Shown here piece by piece: positions 61,234 to 64,000 of a stretch of DNA of 64,000 bases; within the stretch, counting starts at the first letter, position 1; every line of letters starts with the position of its first letter. The translations under genes and the position numbers were made by a program. Location of the stretch: the NCBI GenBank assembly GCA_015075445.1, contig JABTUJ010000001.1:167059-231058 (forward strand), written 5' to 3'. Source of the stretch: Verrucomicrobiales bacterium (GTDB lineage Bacteria; Verrucomicrobiota; Verrucomicrobiia; Limisphaerales; J093). The notes beneath the pieces were generated by a model, which was given only the letters and a program-made list of their open reading frames with translations, did not search any database and was not told where the DNA came from.

Positions 61234-64000
61234 ATGGCTGACTTCTTCATTCGCCGCCCCATCGTCGCGATGGTTATTGCCATCCTGACGGTGATCGTGG
61301 GGTTGATCACGCTCCGGGGGTTGCCCATCTCGGAGTACCCGCCCGTCAGCCCGACGATGATCCAGGTGACCACGACGTACCGCGGCGCCGCCGCCGAGGC
61401 CGTCATGGAATCCGTCGCCACGCCCATCGAGTCAAAGGTCAACGGCGTCGACAAGCTGCTCTATCTCCAGTCGTTCAACGCCAACGACGGCAAGATGACG
61501 CTGAATGTCTACTTCGACGTCGGCACGGACGTGGACATCATGCAGGTCAACACGCAGAACCGCGTCGGCCAGGCCGAGGCGCAGTTGCCCGACGCGGTGA
61601 AACGCGAGGGCGTCGTGGTGAACCGCTCCAGCCCGGACATCCTCATGGTGGTGGCGCTCAACTCGCCCAGCAACACCTACGACGCCGTCTTCCTCGGCAA
61701 CTACTGCGACATCAATCTGGTCGATGCCATCAAACGGGTGAAGGGGGTCGGGGACGTCCGCAACTTCACGGCGCAGGATTACTCGATGCGCGTCTGGCTG
61801 CGGCCCGACAAACTCGCCGTCCTGGGCATCACGCCCCAGGACATCCAAAACGCGATCAAAGAGCAGAACGCCCAGTCGCCGGCCGGCCGCATCGGGGCCG
61901 AACCCGCACCCCCCGGTCAGGAGAGCCAGTTCAACGTCCGCGCCCTGGGTCTGCTCAAGGACCCGCGGGAGTTCGAGGACATCATCATCCGGTCCAGCGC
62001 CGACGGCTCGCAGGTGAAGATCAAGGACGTGGCGCGCGTGGAACTCGGCGCGCAGACGTACGACCTGCGGGCCCGGCTGAACGGGTCACCGGCCGGGGCC
62101 TTCGGCGTGTACCTCGCGCCCGGCGCCAACGCCCTCGAAACGGCCGAGCACGTCAAGCAGATCCTCGAGGAGGCCAAGGCCCGGTTTCCACCGGACATGG
62201 CGTACGAGATCACGCTGGATTCCACGCTCCCGATCGAGGCCTCGATCGAGGAGATCGTGCACACCCTGTTCGAGGCGGTGATTCTGGTGCTGCTGGTCGT
62301 GTATGTCTTCCTGCAGAGCTTCCGCGCCACGATCATCCCCATGTGTACGGTGCCCGTCTCGCTGCTGGGCGCCTTCATCCTGTTTCCGGTGCTGGGCTTC
62401 AGCGTGAACGTGCTCACGATGATGGGGCTGGTGCTGGCCATCGGCATCGTCGTGGACGACGCCATCGTCGTGGTCGAGGCCGTGCAGCACCACCTCGAAC
62501 ACGGCCTCGGTCCGGTCGAGGCCACGCGCCAGGCCATGAAGGAGGTCTCGGGACCAGTGGTGGCCATCGGCCTGGTGCTCTGCGCCGTGTTCGTCCCGGT
62601 GGCCTTCATGGGGGGCGTGACCGGGCAGCTCTACAGCCAGTTCGCGCTCACCATTGCCGTGGCCGTCGTCTTCTCGGTGATCAATGCGCTGACGCTCAGC
62701 CCGGCCCTGGCCGCCCTGCTCCTTAAGAAGCCCACGCCGGGACGCGGGCCCATTGCCGCGTTCTTCCGGCAGTTCAACCGCTTCTTCGACGCGATGAGCC
62801 GCCGCTATGGCCACGTGGTTGGTGGGTTGGCCCGCAAAGCCACCCGCTCCATGCTGCTGCTGGTCGTGGTGGTCGGGGGCATCGGAATCCTCAGCCGATT
62901 CGTGCCCGGCGGGTTCATTCCGGACGAGGACAAGGGGTATCTGTTCGTCGCCGTGGAACTGCCCGAGGGCGCGTCACTCCAACGCGCCGACGCGCTGCTC
63001 CGACAGGTGGAGGCGATCGTCCGCCACACGCCCGGCGTCCGTTCCGCGGTCGGCATCGCCGGCATGAACATTCTCAACTCGCTGACCGTGCCGAACGCCG
63101 CCCTGATGTTCATCGGCCTCACCCCGTGGGAGGAGCGGCAAGCCCCCGGGTTGCACGCCAGCGCCATCGCGCGCGCCTGGAACCAGAAGTTCTACGCGAT
63201 CCCCGGCGCGCGCATCTTCGCCTTCGGCCCGCCACCGTTGCCGGGCTACGGCACCGTGTCCGGCTTCTCCATGCAACTGCAGGACCGGTCCGGGGGCTCG
63301 ATCGAGCAATTGGCCGGGTACGTCCAGCAGCTCCAGCAGGCGGCGGCTCAACGCCCGGAGATCGGCCGGCTCAGCACCTCCTTCAGCCCGGCCACCCCGC
63401 AGGTGCAGGTCGAGCTCGACCGCGAGAAGGCCCGCACGCTGGGCGTGCCGGTGGACAGCGTTTTCGCGACGTTGCAGGCGTATCTGAGCGGGCTTTACGT
63501 GAACGACTTCGTCCGCTTCGGGCGCGTCTACAAAGTATTTCTGCAGGCGGAGTCGGAGTTCACCAGCCAGCCCGGCGACATCGGCCAGTTCTACGTGCGC
63601 AATAGCAGCGGTGGGATGGTGCCGCTGAGCACGCTGGTCACCGTCCGGCAGAGGTCGGGCCCGAACTTCGTCTCGCGTTTCAACCTCTACAATGCCGCCG
63701 AAATCCTGGGTGCGCCCGCCCCCGGCTACAGCTCCGGGCAGGCCATCCAAGCCATCGAGGCGGTCATGAAGACCCTCCCCACCGGGACCGCTCACGAATG
63801 GTCCGGCCTGACGCTCCAGGAGAAGAAGTCGGAGGGCGAAGCCACGGTCATTTTCGGCATGGCGGTCCTGTTTGTCTTCCTGCTCCTCGCCGCGCAATAC
63901 GAGAGCTGGGGATTGCCCTTCGCGGTGTTGCTGGCCACCCCGACCGTCATCCTGGGCCTGCTGACCGGCATGTGCGTGCGCGGTCTCGACCTCAACGTGT
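61234..64000 (+). CDS. RND efflux permease (AcrB/MexB family), 5' partial, continues beyond the window
   Basis: Hand translation from ATG 61234: MADFFIRRPIVAMVIAILTVIVGLITLRGLPISEYPPVSP... Mid-gene check at 62341: MCTVPVSLLGAFILFPVLGFSVNVLTMMGLVLAIGIVVDDAIVVVE. Not in the ORF track because there is no stop before 64000. Confidence 0.9.
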   Translation, partial: MADFFIRRPIVAMVIAILTVIVGLITLRGLPISEYPPVSPTMIQVTTTYRGAAAEAVMESVATPIESKVNGVDKLLYLQSFNANDGKMTLNVYFDVGTDVDIMQVNTQNRVGQAEAQLPDAVKREGVVVNRSSPDILMVVALNSPSNTYDAVFLGNYCDINLVDAIKRVKGVGDVRNFTAQDYSMRVWLRPDKLAVLGITPQDIQNAIKEQNAQSPAGRIGAEPAPPGQESQFNVRALGLLKDPREFEDIIIRSSADGSQVKIKDVARVELGAQTYDLRARLNGSPAGAFGVYLAPGANALETAEHVKQILEEAKARFPPDMAYEITLDSTLPIEASIEEIVHTLFEAVILVLLVVYVFLQSFRATIIPMCTVPVSLLGAFILFPVLGFSVNVLTMMGLVLAIGIVVDDAIVVVEAVQHHLEHGLGPVEATRQAMKEVSGPVVAIGLVLCAVFVPVAFMGGVTGQLYSQFALTIAVAVVFSVINALTLSPALAALLLKKPTPGRGPIAAFFRQFNRFFDAMSRRYGHVVGGLARKATRSMLLLVVVVGGIGILSRFVPGGFIPDEDKGYLFVAVELPEGASLQRADALLRQVEAIVRHTPGVRSAVGIAGMNILNSLTVPNAALMFIGLTPWEERQAPGLHASAIARAWNQKFYAIPGARIFAFGPPPLPGYGTVSGFSMQLQDRSGGSIEQLAGYVQQLQQAAAQRPEIGRLSTSFSPATPQVQVELDREKARTLGVPVDSVFATLQAYLSGLYVNDFVRFGRVYKVFLQAESEFTSQPGDIGQFYVRNSSGGMVPLSTLVTVRQRSGPNFVSRFNLYNAAEILGAPAPGYSSGQAIQAIEAVMKTLPTGTAHEWSGLTLQEKKSEGEATVIFGMAVLFVFLLLAAQYESWGLPFAVLLATPTVILGLLTGMCVRGLDLNV

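Noticed and set aside
1-64000. tRNA, rRNA, tmRNA or other structured RNA genes.
   Set aside because: I saw no T-loop GGTTCGAATCC-type motifs, rRNA-like conserved blocks or long non-coding gaps apart from the REP/tandem-repeat regions. This was a visual scan only. tRNAscan-SE/Infernal should be run to confirm.

Overview
By eye the window is about 65% GC. It looks like a chromosomal segment from a PVC/Verrucomicrobiota-like bacterium. That taxon guess rests only on gene content: a PEP-CTERM protein, LamG/Ig and lamin-tail/CotH giant secreted proteins, a CxxCH+FGE fusion protein, and abundant GTAGGCGCCGACGTCAGGAGG-type REP-like palindromes.

Housekeeping genes I recognise are lpdA, nrdR, a XerC-like recombinase, purN, asnS, adk and fmt. 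These sit among accessory content:
- a Uma2 endonuclease gene bracketed by 28-nt direct repeats;
- two paralogous cassettes, each a small ORF overlapping a nucleotidyltransferase-fold ORF;
- a roughly 1340-aa FGE-domain fusion protein;
- a triple LamG/Ig repeat protein;
- a roughly 1900-aa LTD-CotH-LTD gene;
- a NarL-type two-component operon interrupted by a DUF4338 (DruA-like) insertion;
- two efflux systems, DUF3302-HlyD-NodT and AcrAB-like.

The best candidate for an undescribed system is 47.1-55.7 kb. It is a co-directional cluster of a 922-aa Orn/Lys/Arg-family decarboxylase, two tandem AspT/YidE-type exchangers, a coiled-coil (DcaP-like) outer-membrane porin and a TRIC-type channel.

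A major caveat applies. Three tracts (3853-4750, about 39517-40440 and about 44343-46598) are full of small, mostly deletion-type frameshifts with sharp boundaries. This could be real pseudogenisation or unpolished long-read assembly error, and I cannot tell which from the sequence alone.

I found no rRNA, tRNA or CRISPR array. Many long ORFs in the track are antisense shadows typical of high-GC DNA and are not called.
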